Assembly: GCA_002104945.1 (NCBI GenBank)
Contig: MCFH01000061.1
Coordinates: 250,759 to 314,758 of the forward strand
DNA length: 64,000 bases
Source: Piromyces finnis finn
Lineage: Eukaryota; Fungi; Neocallimastigomycota
Direction: 5' to 3'
The translations under genes were made by a program, and so were the position numbers. Below, piece by piece: positions 13,232-24,786 of the stretch. Numbering within the stretch: the first letter of the stretch is position 1; each line of letters opens with the position of its first letter. Below the pieces are notes generated by a model. That model was not told where the DNA came from. It searched no databases and saw nothing but the letters and a program-made list of their open reading frames with translations.

Positions 13232-14128
13232 TACACTTGTTCATATATTAACAAATATATTAATGAAAATATTTAAATTGAAATAATTAAAAGAATTTCT
13301 TTATCAAATAGAATTTCTTCAAAATTAAAGAAATCCTCTTAATTTATCTTTCTGAAATTTTATTGGTTCTAGTCTTCAAAGAATTATAAATTAATTTAAT
13401 TTTATATATAGAAAAAAGATAAAGTCTTGATAATTTTTTTTTCTATTACTCATCCTTTTTATTATTATTTTGTAACTTGAATAAATGTCATAATCATTTC
13501 CATTAAAACATAAATAAGTTTCTGAAATAATGACGAATGCTTCCAAAATCTATTTGTTTTTGGATTATTAATATAAAATTCAAATATGAATTTATTAGTA
13601 TAATCCGTTTGGCAATACGCAAAGAATAACCTAAATGAAATAATAATGCATTTAAATTATATTTGATTTTTATAGTTAATCCTTCATATAAAAAGTATAA
13701 AATATTTAATGTATAATAAAATACAATAAAATATAAATATAAAATAATAAATGGCATAGTATAAAATTATGTTTTTATTATTTAAATTTATTTTATCTTG
13801 TGAAAATGTTTACTTTTCATTTGGCTACAGTCACATTGTCTCATGCCTATTTTACTATATTTTATTTAATAAAGTTTTTATTTCAAAAATATAAAAAGGA
13901 TAACATGCATTGAATATAAAGACTTTTAGGATAATTGGAAATTTAGACCAGACATAAAATAATGATTAATATGAATGTCATTAAATTAGGTTAATCAACG
14001 TTGAATACTAAGGAAAATTTAAATACATACCACTACTTCCAATATAATGTAACTTATTATCAGAGTACAAATCATTTATATAATTTTCAATTGCTTTATT
14101 TTCACATTTAAATTTTAATAAATTAGGT

Positions 14129-14853
14129 TTAAATATTTTTTTTGGAATATTTTGAAATTATTTTCATAGAAAAATTTAAATGCATTCTATAGCTACAATC
14201 GCAATTAATATCATTTATACAATTAAAATTTTGTATTAAATAATCTAAAACATTAGTATCTCTTCCAAATACTACAAATATATTATTAATTAATTTTTCT
14301 TCGGAAATATATTTAGTAACATTTTTTATATTATGTTTTCCATTCAAATAAAAGTAATCTTCGAATAGTACAAATAAAATACTTGGATATAATTTATATC
14401 TTTGTGTTCCATTTCTGATGGATAAAGGTATTTTAATATCTGTAATGATATTATATTTATACAAAAAATAAATGTAGAATACTATATTGATATTTTTTAT
14501 AAATTTTATTAATATATCTCTTCTTGATTCTTTCAGTAATTTATTAATAAAAAATTCGTCAATTATTAGGAAATCAAAAGTATACATTTGATAATTACCC
14601 AAGATTACATCTTCTTTATATTTATTAGTAAAAGAAATTTGCATAAATCTTTCATATTGTTTATCGTTAAAAATAATAAAAAATTACTTATCTCTACAAC
14701 GTTTTCATGATATTTTATTGATTCATATTCAAATAATGGTTTTATTAAAAAAATTCCTTTTTGAGATAGTTCCAATAAATAATCAGGATCACAGTCTTCT
14801 TTCTCTAATTCTTTATAGAATAACTCGGTATTCCTTTCTTTGCTACTATTCAT
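14129..14853 (-). pseudogene. Intronless hypothetical protein split by one frameshift (~240 aa if joined)
   Basis: ORFs 14605-14853 and 14129-14644 overlap; shifting frame near 14670 gives a continuous ...ISNFLLF/NDKQYERFMQISFTNKYKED... Could be an assembly indel. No family recognised. Confidence 0.5.
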
Positions 14854-15271
14854 TTAAAAAATTTATATAATTAGAAAATAAATTTTTAAAGGGTTATTGT
14901 CAAAAATAATTGTATATAATTAGTTAAAATTTTATATATTAATAATTTATATATAATAATAAAAATTTAATTTATATTAAAAGTTTTTTATTTTTTATAA
15001 TTACAACAATTTAAGCAAAGAGTAATGTAATATCTTATTTCTTATGTAATAAATTAATGAATAAAGTATTTATATGATATTTAACCCTAATAGATTAAGG
15101 TATAGTTAACAAATCTATTTTATTTATAATATTTCTTTAATAAATCATTTTAATATTTATTTTTTATTTTTTATTTTTCATAAAATGATTTATTAAATAA
15201 ATTTTTATTTCAAAACTTATACATAATAAATATAAAATATTTATTATTATTCTTAACATTTTTAATTATAA

Positions 15272-15665
15272 AATGTTATTGCAATTCTCACATTCATTAT
15301 TTGTATGAATTATCATTATTAATTTTAGGAGTTGCAGATAAATCATGTGTTCAATTAAAGGAATGTGGTCCTAAACTTTCTGATCCAAATGATATAAATT
15401 AGTTTAAGAATTTGGATTATCCATTATTATGATTAGGATTACTGAAGAAAATCCTAAAAAGTTTCCACACGTTGAAAATTATGTAAACAAAGATGGCAAT
15501 GGTATTACAAAATACATATTTGGCAATCTGGAAGTAGTCGAACCTCAGACAGAAGATTTAGAAGTTATAATTAATGATGTAATAAAATCTAAATCTGACT
15601 GTCATGGTTATATTTACAGAAGAATCCACTGGAAGATATCAATTAATAGATATAAAGAATTATAA
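15272..15665 (+). pseudogene. Degenerate coding remnant, unknown origin
   Basis: Coding-like composition with in-frame stops upstream (LILGVADKSCVQLKECGPKLSDPNDIN*) and a 78-aa ORF at 15429-15665. Confidence 0.3.
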
Positions 15666-15748
15666 GATAATTTAAAAAAAAAAATAAAATAGACACAAAT
15701 AAAGAATTATAAGATAATTTAAAAAAAAAAATGAAATAGACACAAAGT
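15650..15748. repeat. Tandem duplication, ~47 bp x2 (AAAGAATTATAAGATAATTTAAAAAAAAAAAT[A/G]AAATAGACACAAA)
   Basis: Two adjacent near-identical copies. Confidence 0.8.
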
Positions 15749-15984
15749 TTAATATTTTTAATTTTCTAATCTTTTATTTTTTATATTTTTTTTTTATTTA
15801 TAATAAATAAATATAGAAGAAGGTAAAAACATTTAATAAATTAAAATAAATAACAGGATTATTCTTTTAAAATAAATAAATTAATTGTTTGGTTATAAAA
15901 TATTTTTTTCATTCTATTTAAATAGAGATAGTTTCAGTTTTTTTTTTTTTTTAAATTTATATTACTTTTTTTTTAAGTTTTGGT

Positions 15985-17097
15985 TTAATTTAAAGCACCA
16001 AAAGCAGCTAAGATGAAGTTGTAGAATCCAGCTGAAACGGCTACACCATTGTGATCAGCACCTTGAACTTCAAACCAAATGTGTTCTTGGTTGTTTCTAG
16101 TTAAAATTTCATGGTAACTCTTTGGGAATTGTCCAACAACTGAATCACTAGTACCACAGTTTATAAGAGCAACGATTGGTGAAATTTCAGCACGGAAACT
16201 GTCTTCAGTAAATAAACCTTTGTGATAACCAGAAGAGTCAGTACCTGGGGTAACACCTGGAGCTGGAGAGAAAGCACCAACATAACCAAATAAGTCAGAT
16301 CTCTTAAAACCAATGTAAAGACTGTTACGACCACCCATAGAGAAACCACAAATAGCAGTATTTTCTCTACCAGTTTTAATAGAGTAATTAGCCTTTACGT
16401 ATGGCATAATGACATCAGTTAATTCATTGATAAAGTTATCATAACCATCAAAGTAGGCTTGATTAAAAGCGGCTTCAACTTCCTTACCAGCTTCTGGAGC
16501 ATATTCATATGGAAGAACAATAATCATTTCTTTAGCTCTACCATCATTGAATAAGTTTGTTGGAATAGTAAGACTACCCATTTCAGCTTCTAACATAGAA
16601 TCTTCATTACACATAATACCGTGTAATAAGTATAAAACTGGATATTGTTTACTTTCAGTATATCCTACTGGAAGAATAACATTTAATGGACGATAGGATT
16701 GTGTAATTTTTGAAAAGTAGTAAATCTTTTTGGCAGTTGGGTATTGAACACCTGGTCTTTCAGATATAGCGTCTTTTGGACAGGATGTAACAACATCAAG
16801 TTTACTCATATAACTACCATTAGATGATGTAGTTGTATTTTGTTCTGGTTGTTGTTGTTCCCATGGATTAACGGCATTATTTATTGGTTTCTTCATACCA
16901 CACCAGTTGTTATTTTCAACACCCCATTCACCATTACTATCAACATAAACAACATCCTTTGTTTGTTTACAACATGGAACACCAAATTTAAGAGAGAAAC
17001 ATTCATCATTAATTACTTTTGGTTGTTCCCATAAATTTGCGGAAACCTTAGCAGTTAAAGCTGCTACAATTAAAGATAAAACACTGAAAGACTTCAT
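15985..17097 (-). CDS. Secreted CE1-type (feruloyl/acetyl-xylan) esterase with one N-terminal fungal dockerin (CBM10-like)
   Basis: Signal peptide [20 protein letters not shown]; dockerin [11 protein letters not shown]...[18 protein letters not shown]; Q/T/S linker; esterase motifs [15 protein letters not shown] (GxSxG), and catalytic His in GADH. Intronless. Confidence 0.88.
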   Translation of the reverse strand: MKSFSVLSLIVAALTAKVSANLWEQPKVINDECFSLKFGVPCCKQTKDVVYVDSNGEWGVENNNWCGMKKPINNAVNPWEQQQPEQNTTTSSNGSYMSKLDVVTSCPKDAISERPGVQYPTAKKIYYFSKITQSYRPLNVILPVGYTESKQYPVLYLLHGIMCNEDSMLEAEMGSLTIPTNLFNDGRAKEMIIVLPYEYAPEAGKEVEAAFNQAYFDGYDNFINELTDVIMPYVKANYSIKTGRENTAICGFSMGGRNSLYIGFKRSDLFGYVGAFSPAPGVTPGTDSSGYHKGLFTEDSFRAEISPIVALINCGTSDSVVGQFPKSYHEILTRNNQEHIWFEVQGADHNGVAVSAGFYNFILAAFGALN

Positions 17098-18040
17098 TTT
17101 TTTTTTGGTAATAAATAAATATTATAAATTTGAAAAAAAAAAAAGTTTTTTTTTTTTATAGAATAAATAAGTTTTTAGGGTTTTTATTGTAATAAATAAA
17201 TAACTATTTTAAAATTGAATAATTTAAAAAGATTTATAAATAGAAAAATGAAATGTAATATTTTCTATTATAAATCTTTGATAGTGAAGAAAAAAAAAAA
17301 AAGGCAAAAAAACAAAACTATTTATATGAAAATCAATATTTTTACTTTTATTAATAGAAACACAATTATCCAAAAAAAGGAAACTATAAAAATTCCCAAA
17401 TTATAAATATTAAAAATAAATTAAAAATATCTCTTTTTGTGCTTTATTTATTTTATTTATTGTTTGTAACCCATTTTGGAAATTGTGGAAGGTTGGAAAA
17501 AAGATGATAATAAAAATACGGCCTATCTAAAAATGTAAATTTTATTAACAAATTATATTAAAAAATATGATTTGGAAAAAAACCGCCTTCATTATTTAAG
17601 AATGTATTAATTCATGTGATTTTAACCTATAACAATCAAAATTTATTGTTTTATTTTTTATAGGGAATAAAAATAGTAATATAGAGTAGGATTATATAAA
17701 TAACAATACAATTTAAATATTATTGGATAGAATTAAAAACAATTTGATAAAAAAAACAATAATTTTATATTTATTAAACTTTTTTTTTAAAGTGTTAATC
17801 ATTAATAAATTAAAATTAAAAATATGAATTATCCAATAATTTAAAATTATATGTTACACTAAAGTTGATTTTTTTTATCTATAAATAAATAACAATAAAA
17901 TATAACTTATTTAAGGATGATGATTATTTTTTATTTTTTAATAATTATAAAAATAAACTGTTATATTATTTAGTTATATATAATAATTAATATATATATA
18001 AATGGTAAAAATATAAAAATACAATAGTGCCTTTATGTAC

Positions 18041-18094
18041 AAATATTATGAATTACAATAATTTATTAATAATTTATTGTAATTCATAATATTT
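18041..18094. repeat. 54-bp near-perfect AT-rich palindrome
   Basis: AAATATTATGAATTACAATAA (18041-18061) is the reverse complement of 18074-18094; the spacer contains the palindrome TTATTAATAA. Confidence 0.85.
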
Positions 18095-18298
18095 TTATTC
18101 ACCACAAACTTTATTTTATAACAATTAAAGTTTATGTTATTTATTTTATAACAAAAATAAAAATTTTTATATTAATTGCCTTAAATGGTAATGCGGTACA
18201 AATTAAAATAGTAACCAAAAAAAAATTAATTAAAATTTAATTTTATAATTTTAATATTATTTAAAGAAGATCATTTTTTATAATAAAAAATTAAAGTT

Positions 18299-18426
18299 TT
18301 TGATGTTAATTGCTGCGGTTTCAGCCAAATGATGGAAATAACCAAAAGTTATCAATAGGTAGTTTGATGTTAATTGCTGCAGTTTCAGCCAAATGATGGA
18401 AATAACCAAAAGTTATCAATAGGTAG
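18299..18426. repeat. 64-bp tandem duplication (2 copies, 1 mismatch)
   Basis: TTTGATGTTAATTGCTGC[G/A]GTTTCAGCC...ATCAATAGGTAG begins at 18299 and 18363. Confidence 0.9.
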
Positions 18427-19233
18427 AACTTCATCTTACCTACTTTTATTTAGGTTAGGTGTTTCTATAAAAATATTTTTTATGCTGAAGATAGTGATCA
18501 ACTTGTTCCAGAATTTCTTAATTAAACAATTCAAACATATTTCAACAATTATAATCAAGGACACGGGTATGATCATTTTATTTCTAATTGTTGGATGTCA
18601 ATTCGATAGTTCATTATTACAAAAAATGTTTTTAGGTTTAATTAAAACAATCATTTTATCGTAATATTTAACTTTTTAATGATAAACAAAAGTAAAAAAA
18701 TATTCAACTATTATTATAAATACTTTGTAAATTTTTTATTTTTTTTTTTTTTTTTAATCATTATCATTCATTATCATTATTGTGAAATAAATTTAATTAA
18801 TAAATAATTTTATTCAAAAGGTTAACAAAGAGAAAAAGTTACATTGTAAGTTTTCAGTTATATAATGAGATGTAAGGTTATGTGATCATAAAAAATAAAA
18901 TAAAAATCTCTACAACACGTAGACATTACGTTTACAACACTTTTAATACATGTTTATGTTTTTTTAAAATTAATCACGTGTGTTTATAAATATATGATAT
19001 AGATAAATAAAATTATGTGTCAATAAATGTTCACAATTATCATTATATGTAACTTTTTTAAATAAAATTTTTTTTTAAAAAAAAAAAAAAAAGAAAAATA
19101 TTTCATTAAAATAGTTTTTATTTTTAATTTTTTATTATTTTAATTATTATTTTTCAATTTTCAATTTATTCTTATATTTTTTTAATTAACTTTTATTCTT
19201 TAAAAAAACTATTTAAATATTATTATCTTAAAT

Positions 19234-21753
19234 TTAATTTATGATAGTAGTGCGAACCATCATAACAGTTTTAGTGATAGTTTTAATTTTGTTTGTTGTG
19301 GTAGCAGTAATTGTGACAAGGTCTTCTTCTTCTTCAGAATCACTATCATTATCATCAATAGATGTTGGCTCTTCAACATCAACTTCAAGAGCTTCATCAT
19401 CTGAAATAAATTCTATTTCAGTTAGTGTTGGTTCAACTGTAGAAATAGTCTGAGTCTCAACAAATGATTCAGAATAGGTTTGGGTTGATGTCTCAGTTGA
19501 TGCTTCAGTTGGTGTTTCAGTTGATAATTCGGTGGATGTTTCAGTTGGTGATTCAATGGATGATTCAGTGGATGTTTCAGTTGGTGATTCAATGAATATT
19601 TCAGTTGATGTTTCAGTTGGTGATTCAATGGATGATTCAGTTAGTACCTCGGTTGCCAATTCATTTGGTGATTCAGTTGTTGTTTCAATTGGTGTTTCAA
19701 ATAAAATATCAGTATAATATTCATTTTCATAATCAAAGAAATAATCAGTTGATGTTTCAGTTGGCATTTCATATGAATAAGTAAAATGCCAATTATCAAA
19801 TATTGGATCATATTCATAGTTAGCATTAAGTTCTTCAACAACTGGATACTCATAATTTTCATCTAAATAAATTGGATCACATTCTAATTCATAGGAATTA
19901 CAAACAAATCTATATTTCATTAGAATCCAATATTTTAATCCATAAGATTCCATGTCTGAAACTCCATTTGTAAATTCTGAATAAGCATCCCATTGTTCTA
20001 AAGAAAAGTCTTTATTACCACTGTCAATATTAAAATAGCCTGGATAATTACCATTAGCATCTGGTGTCTTATCTAATATAACATATGGTTTAATATATTC
20101 TTTAATTTCATCAATATGAGAATAAAGAGTTGATGGATTGAAAACTTTACTAACAACTTCACCTAATATTTTTTCAAATCTAGCGGAATCAGTTGTTACA
20201 AATAATTCCAAGAGATGATTTCCTTCAGTAGTATAGTCATAAGTTGAATACAAAAAAATATCCTCTTGTCCAAAATCATGATCAAAATCATGAGATAAAT
20301 AAATCCATTTACCATTAGGTTGCTTATACATATAGTAATTATGATTAGCTTGAACATGGTCAAAAGAACCTGTTAAATAATCAATCGCCATTTCATACAA
20401 GAAATGATCAATTTCAAAAATATCTTCAAGATCTGCAGCTGATTTAGCATTTTCAACTGCTGTTAAAAATTCAATCCATTCTGAATTATCGTTCATTTCT
20501 TCTTCATTTTCATTAGAACATCCATCATAATATTGTGGTAATATATCTTCTATTTTATCACATTTATATAAATTTTTGGCATTTTTTTCACCATAAACTT
20601 TTTCAACCCATGATAATTTATAATCATCACTTAATGTATACAATCCCATAAATTCATCATTAATGTAAAGTTGAACGTAGGTAGATGAAACGGATATTAA
20701 TCCTAAACGATTGTGAATATCTGAAATTAATTTTGTTCTCATAATAGTTGGATCATTACAATCAGCACGGAGTTTTAATTGACTACGTCCATAAAGATCC
20801 TTTTTACCTCTAATCTTTAAATTAAAACCTGGCTTTTGGAAGTATCTAGAATATGCACCACCTAACTTGAGTGTTACTTTATCAAAATTTTTTTGTTCTC
20901 TACATTTATATATACAAATATTAAAAATAATATAATGAAAAAATAATAAAGAATATAAATATTAATTTCATAAATTTCATAAAATCGAAAATTTAATAAT
21001 TATACTATTTTTATATTTTATTCATTATTTCATTACCCATCTAACTCAAAAATCATAGTAGCATTTTTTGTTTTGAAGTCAGTTGATGCTCTATTACTAA
21101 CCACAAACTTTAAATTACTTATTGTTGTAGATAGAATGTTGTTTAATTCTTTATCTTTTTCATCTGAAATCTCTAATAAACTTATTCCACTGATAATATT
21201 ATATAAATTAAAATTTATATTACTTTTTAAAATACTCATCACTTTTTCATTTTCATCCTTAAAATTACTAATATTTTCTAAATTAAAGTCGAATCCATTT
21301 ATCACTTCCATTTCATCATAAGTAGGAAAACCATCTTCTCCTACTTTTAATTCTGGGAGTATCTCATCAATATTATAACCAGGGAAAAATTCTTTGAAAT
21401 TAATTTTTTTGAGAAAAAATACATAAATTTCTATTTCATATTTGACTCTTTCCATGATGATATAATCATAATAATCGTATTTAATATCTGCTTCGGTTTT
21501 TAACTCGGTAAATTCTTCATCAGGCATATATATTTTTAGATTTGGCATTGTATTATCTGTAAGTTCAAATAATTCTGCCCTTCTCCCTTTATCAATGAAA
21601 GTAGATACAGCCAAAGTACTGCAAACTAGATATAATTTATTTCAAAAATATATTTATTTAGTTAATTACATCAATACTCTTTTTTTATTATTTAATACTT
21701 TTTTAGTACGAACCACAACAACATAATAAAATGAATAAGTTTTTAATTATCAT
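19234..21753 (-). CDS. cotH: CotH-family secreted kinase with E/S/T/P-rich tail, no dockerin (3 exons)
   Basis: Exon 1 from ATG 21753 (MIIKNLFILLCCC, phase-1 intron), exon 2 21625-21037, exon 3 20899-19234. Motifs KLGGAYSR, KPGFNLK, QLKLRAD, HNYYMY, WIYLSHDFDHDFG. Tail has 12-aa ESPTETSTESSI-type repeats. Confidence 0.88.
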
Positions 21754-22365
21754 TTTTTTTAATATTTAATTTTTTGTTTTTTGTTTTTGTTTTTGTTTTT
21801 GTTTTTGTTTTTGTTTTTGTTTTTAAAAAACCAAAAAATTTCGCTTTTTTTTCTTTTATTTATACTTTTTTTTTTATAAAATTCTTAATGATTTTATTGG
21901 TTAAAAATTTAATTAAATTTTGTTATGAAAATTATTTATTTTAACTGCCTTATACCATATTAAATGAAACAGCACAAAGTGATATTTTAAATAAAATATA
22001 TAAATATATAAAATCATTTTAAATATTCTATTCAATATTATTTGATAAAATAATAATATTTTATAACTTTTAATAATATTTTTTAAGTCCTCAAAAGGTT
22101 AAAATTGAACTATGGAAAAGTTAAGGTTATTTTTTTTATTTATTTTTTATTTATTTATTAAAGTTTAAAATAATTATTAAATAAATATAAAAAAATATTT
22201 TCGAATAATAATTAAAAAAAAAGAATATATAAAATAAAAAATTATTATTTTTCAAGGTATTTTTTATATCAAATATAAAATTATATATATATATATACTT
22301 TATGTATATTATACATATATAATTAAAAATATTTGAAATATTATTAATAATTTTTTTTTTTTTTT

Positions 22366-24786
22366 TTACTTTTCATTATTAATCCTAGTATTAATTGATG
22401 CATTATCCTGAAAGATTCTAATAAAAGTTTCAAGAGTATACTTGTTCATAATAGGATTAAAACGTGCAAATACTTGATCGGTGAACTTTAAAATATTTCT
22501 TGGTAATGTGGTTGAAGTTTTACTACCTAAACATATTTTACGATATAAATATAATATATATTCATTTCGACTTGGATATCTACCATAGGTATCAACAAAA
22601 TTACCAAAATGCTTATCTAACGATAAAATTGGACGAGTGGTATCAAGAATAGTACTTAATTCTTCTAACCATGTAACTCCTTCCTTGACATAATAATATG
22701 GTCTACAAGTGTTTTCACTAATCTTGACATTGAACTTGTCAATATTAGCATCCCATTCCTTCCAAAAATCATGAATTGCGGATGTTGCATTATCACTTCC
22801 ACTTGGCTTTCCTTGAATCAGCGGCATAATATTGATATCGGTTAAACTTTTTTGAACATCAACGAAATCAATAAGCCATGCTAATTCATCTAAACTAATT
22901 CTACCATCTTGAACTGCATTATAGCATACAGTAGACAGACTCTGAACGCATCTCATTCTATTTTCATCCTTGATTTCACCATCAATTGGAATAAATAAAT
23001 CACCGCATACACCACCTGAAGACATTGGTGAATTTTCGTCAACGTTAATGAAAAGTGTAGCGTTTTGAAGGCCATTCTTGTAGACGTCTAATAATTTTGG
23101 ATTCTTCTTAAAGTACGATAAAAGATGTGCTAAAATTTCAAGACGATGAACAAATGGCTGAAATTCGTTTGGTAATTCAATAGCATACAACGCTAAAATT
23201 TGTAATAAATCCTTGTAGTGACTCAAGTGAGTATAGAGTAAATTTAAATTTGAAGGAATCTTTGGAATCAAGAATGGAGAAATTAAACAAGTCCAAGCTG
23301 CTGTTGGATAAAATACTCTTGCTTGTGGTAAATTGGATAAACCACTCAAAGAAATGGAAGTAGTAAAATGAGAGAAACGATACTTGACTTGAGCTTCAAT
23401 AAATGGTTCAATATCCTTCAAGTAAGGAATTTGATTTGTCTTTATTAATCTATATAAAACGAAAAACCATAAATGAATATCTCCTAAATGCTTTCCTCCC
23501 GTAATAATCTTCATTAATGACCAATTTGCTGACTTGACATGTTCATCATTTTCACCCAATGGAATGGCACCAATAATGGTTCTACGAGTGAACGGTGACT
23601 TTACGATTGGATTTGAAGATTGTAATGAAGCACGATAATTCTTTAATGAAATTGAATGATCAATGTATGCCTTGAATTTGGTAACAAATTCATCAACGTA
23701 CAACGCATTTAATGGACAATTAAGCATGTATTCTGTCATCTTTTTGTCAAATCCAAATAGAACTGGTCTTTGTTCCTCATTGTTATCAACGGTGATAAGA
23801 ATCATTGGATCTGTTTCGTAATCGATGGAAATTGGACATTCCCATTGAGAAGTACCCACGGATGATTCTATATTTAAATTTTGAATGTCTTCAACTTCAG
23901 TGACCTCGGTAGTATTTGCAGTGAATGCCCTAAATGTTTGTAGCTTGTTAATATTGAATACTTGTTTTAATCCTCCATCACTCATACGAATTAACGAATT
24001 TATCTTGGATTGGAAATCACTACTTAATACCGAGGTAAAACACTTTATAACTTCTGTCTTTGCTTCTTCATAATTCTTATCTTGCATAACTAATGTATCA
24101 ATTCTTTCATTCTTATTTTCTTCCTTTTTGGCATTATTAGAATTAATTCTCTTTTGCATTAATAAAACTGACCTTCTTAATTCCTTATCTCCATCTGTAC
24201 CTAAATATCTGGCAATAAATGCCTTTTCCAAAGATGGATACTTTAAATCAAATTCTTCCATGGTATTGATGGAATCAATTTGATCAATGGTCTTTAAATC
24301 TTCATCAGAAACAGCAATGATTTGGTCCTCACTATTTAAATTCTTAACAATTGTTTTACTTGCGTTAAAACGGGTGAAAGGACAAGCAATACTTAGATTA
24401 GCATTATTTCCTAATAAATAAACTTCTGTATAATTACATTTGAAATCGTCAGCATGTCTTTTGATAGTTTCATCAAGTAAATCCACCTCATGATTACAAA
24501 CCATTCCATCGGAAATTAAAATAAATTCAGAATAAGTAGCCTTTTGATGTTTTGAAAACACTGAATTAAATAAGCACTTTGGATCGGTTCCTCCATTACC
24601 ATCCTTTGTACTGTTGATTTCCATATATTCATCCCATGTAACAAACTTTGATTCAGTATCCCAAATAATAATTTCATCTCCTTCATTAAATTTTGCCTTT
24701 AAAATAGAAAGAACATTTGAGTGATAAAATGTATCATTCCCAGTTGAACCACTGTAATCAATAGCAAAACACTTATTAAGGGTCAT
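22366..24786 (-). CDS. Intronless 806-aa vWA (MIDAS)/U-box-like protein (copy 2, inverted relative to copy 1)
   Basis: Aligns end to end with 1905-4331; about 450 bp of 5' flank is also shared (24787-25225 vs ~1460-1904). Confidence 0.8.
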   Translation of the reverse strand: MTLNKCFAIDYSGSTGNDTFYHSNVLSILKAKFNEGDEIIIWDTESKFVTWDEYMEINSTKDGNGGTDPKCLFNSVFSKHQKATYSEFILISDGMVCNHEVDLLDETIKRHADDFKCNYTEVYLLGNNANLSIACPFTRFNASKTIVKNLNSEDQIIAVSDEDLKTIDQIDSINTMEEFDLKYPSLEKAFIARYLGTDGDKELRRSVLLMQKRINSNNAKKEENKNERIDTLVMQDKNYEEAKTEVIKCFTSVLSSDFQSKINSLIRMSDGGLKQVFNINKLQTFRAFTANTTEVTEVEDIQNLNIESSVGTSQWECPISIDYETDPMILITVDNNEEQRPVLFGFDKKMTEYMLNCPLNALYVDEFVTKFKAYIDHSISLKNYRASLQSSNPIVKSPFTRRTIIGAIPLGENDEHVKSANWSLMKIITGGKHLGDIHLWFFVLYRLIKTNQIPYLKDIEPFIEAQVKYRFSHFTTSISLSGLSNLPQARVFYPTAAWTCLISPFLIPKIPSNLNLLYTHLSHYKDLLQILALYAIELPNEFQPFVHRLEILAHLLSYFKKNPKLLDVYKNGLQNATLFINVDENSPMSSGGVCGDLFIPIDGEIKDENRMRCVQSLSTVCYNAVQDGRISLDELAWLIDFVDVQKSLTDINIMPLIQGKPSGSDNATSAIHDFWKEWDANIDKFNVKISENTCRPYYYVKEGVTWLEELSTILDTTRPILSLDKHFGNFVDTYGRYPSRNEYILYLYRKICLGSKTSTTLPRNILKFTDQVFARFNPIMNKYTLETFIRIFQDNASINTRINNEK

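Noticed and set aside
17440-17620. GC-richer motifs (CGGCCTA, CCGCC) upstream of the esterase as transcription-factor sites
   Set aside because: No validated motif knowledge for this lineage; cannot be supported from one sequence.
18338-18353. 16-nt match (AATAACCAAAAGTTAT) to the LRR-CBM18 signal-peptide exon
   Set aside because: Short, AT-rich match with no flanking similarity; likely chance.
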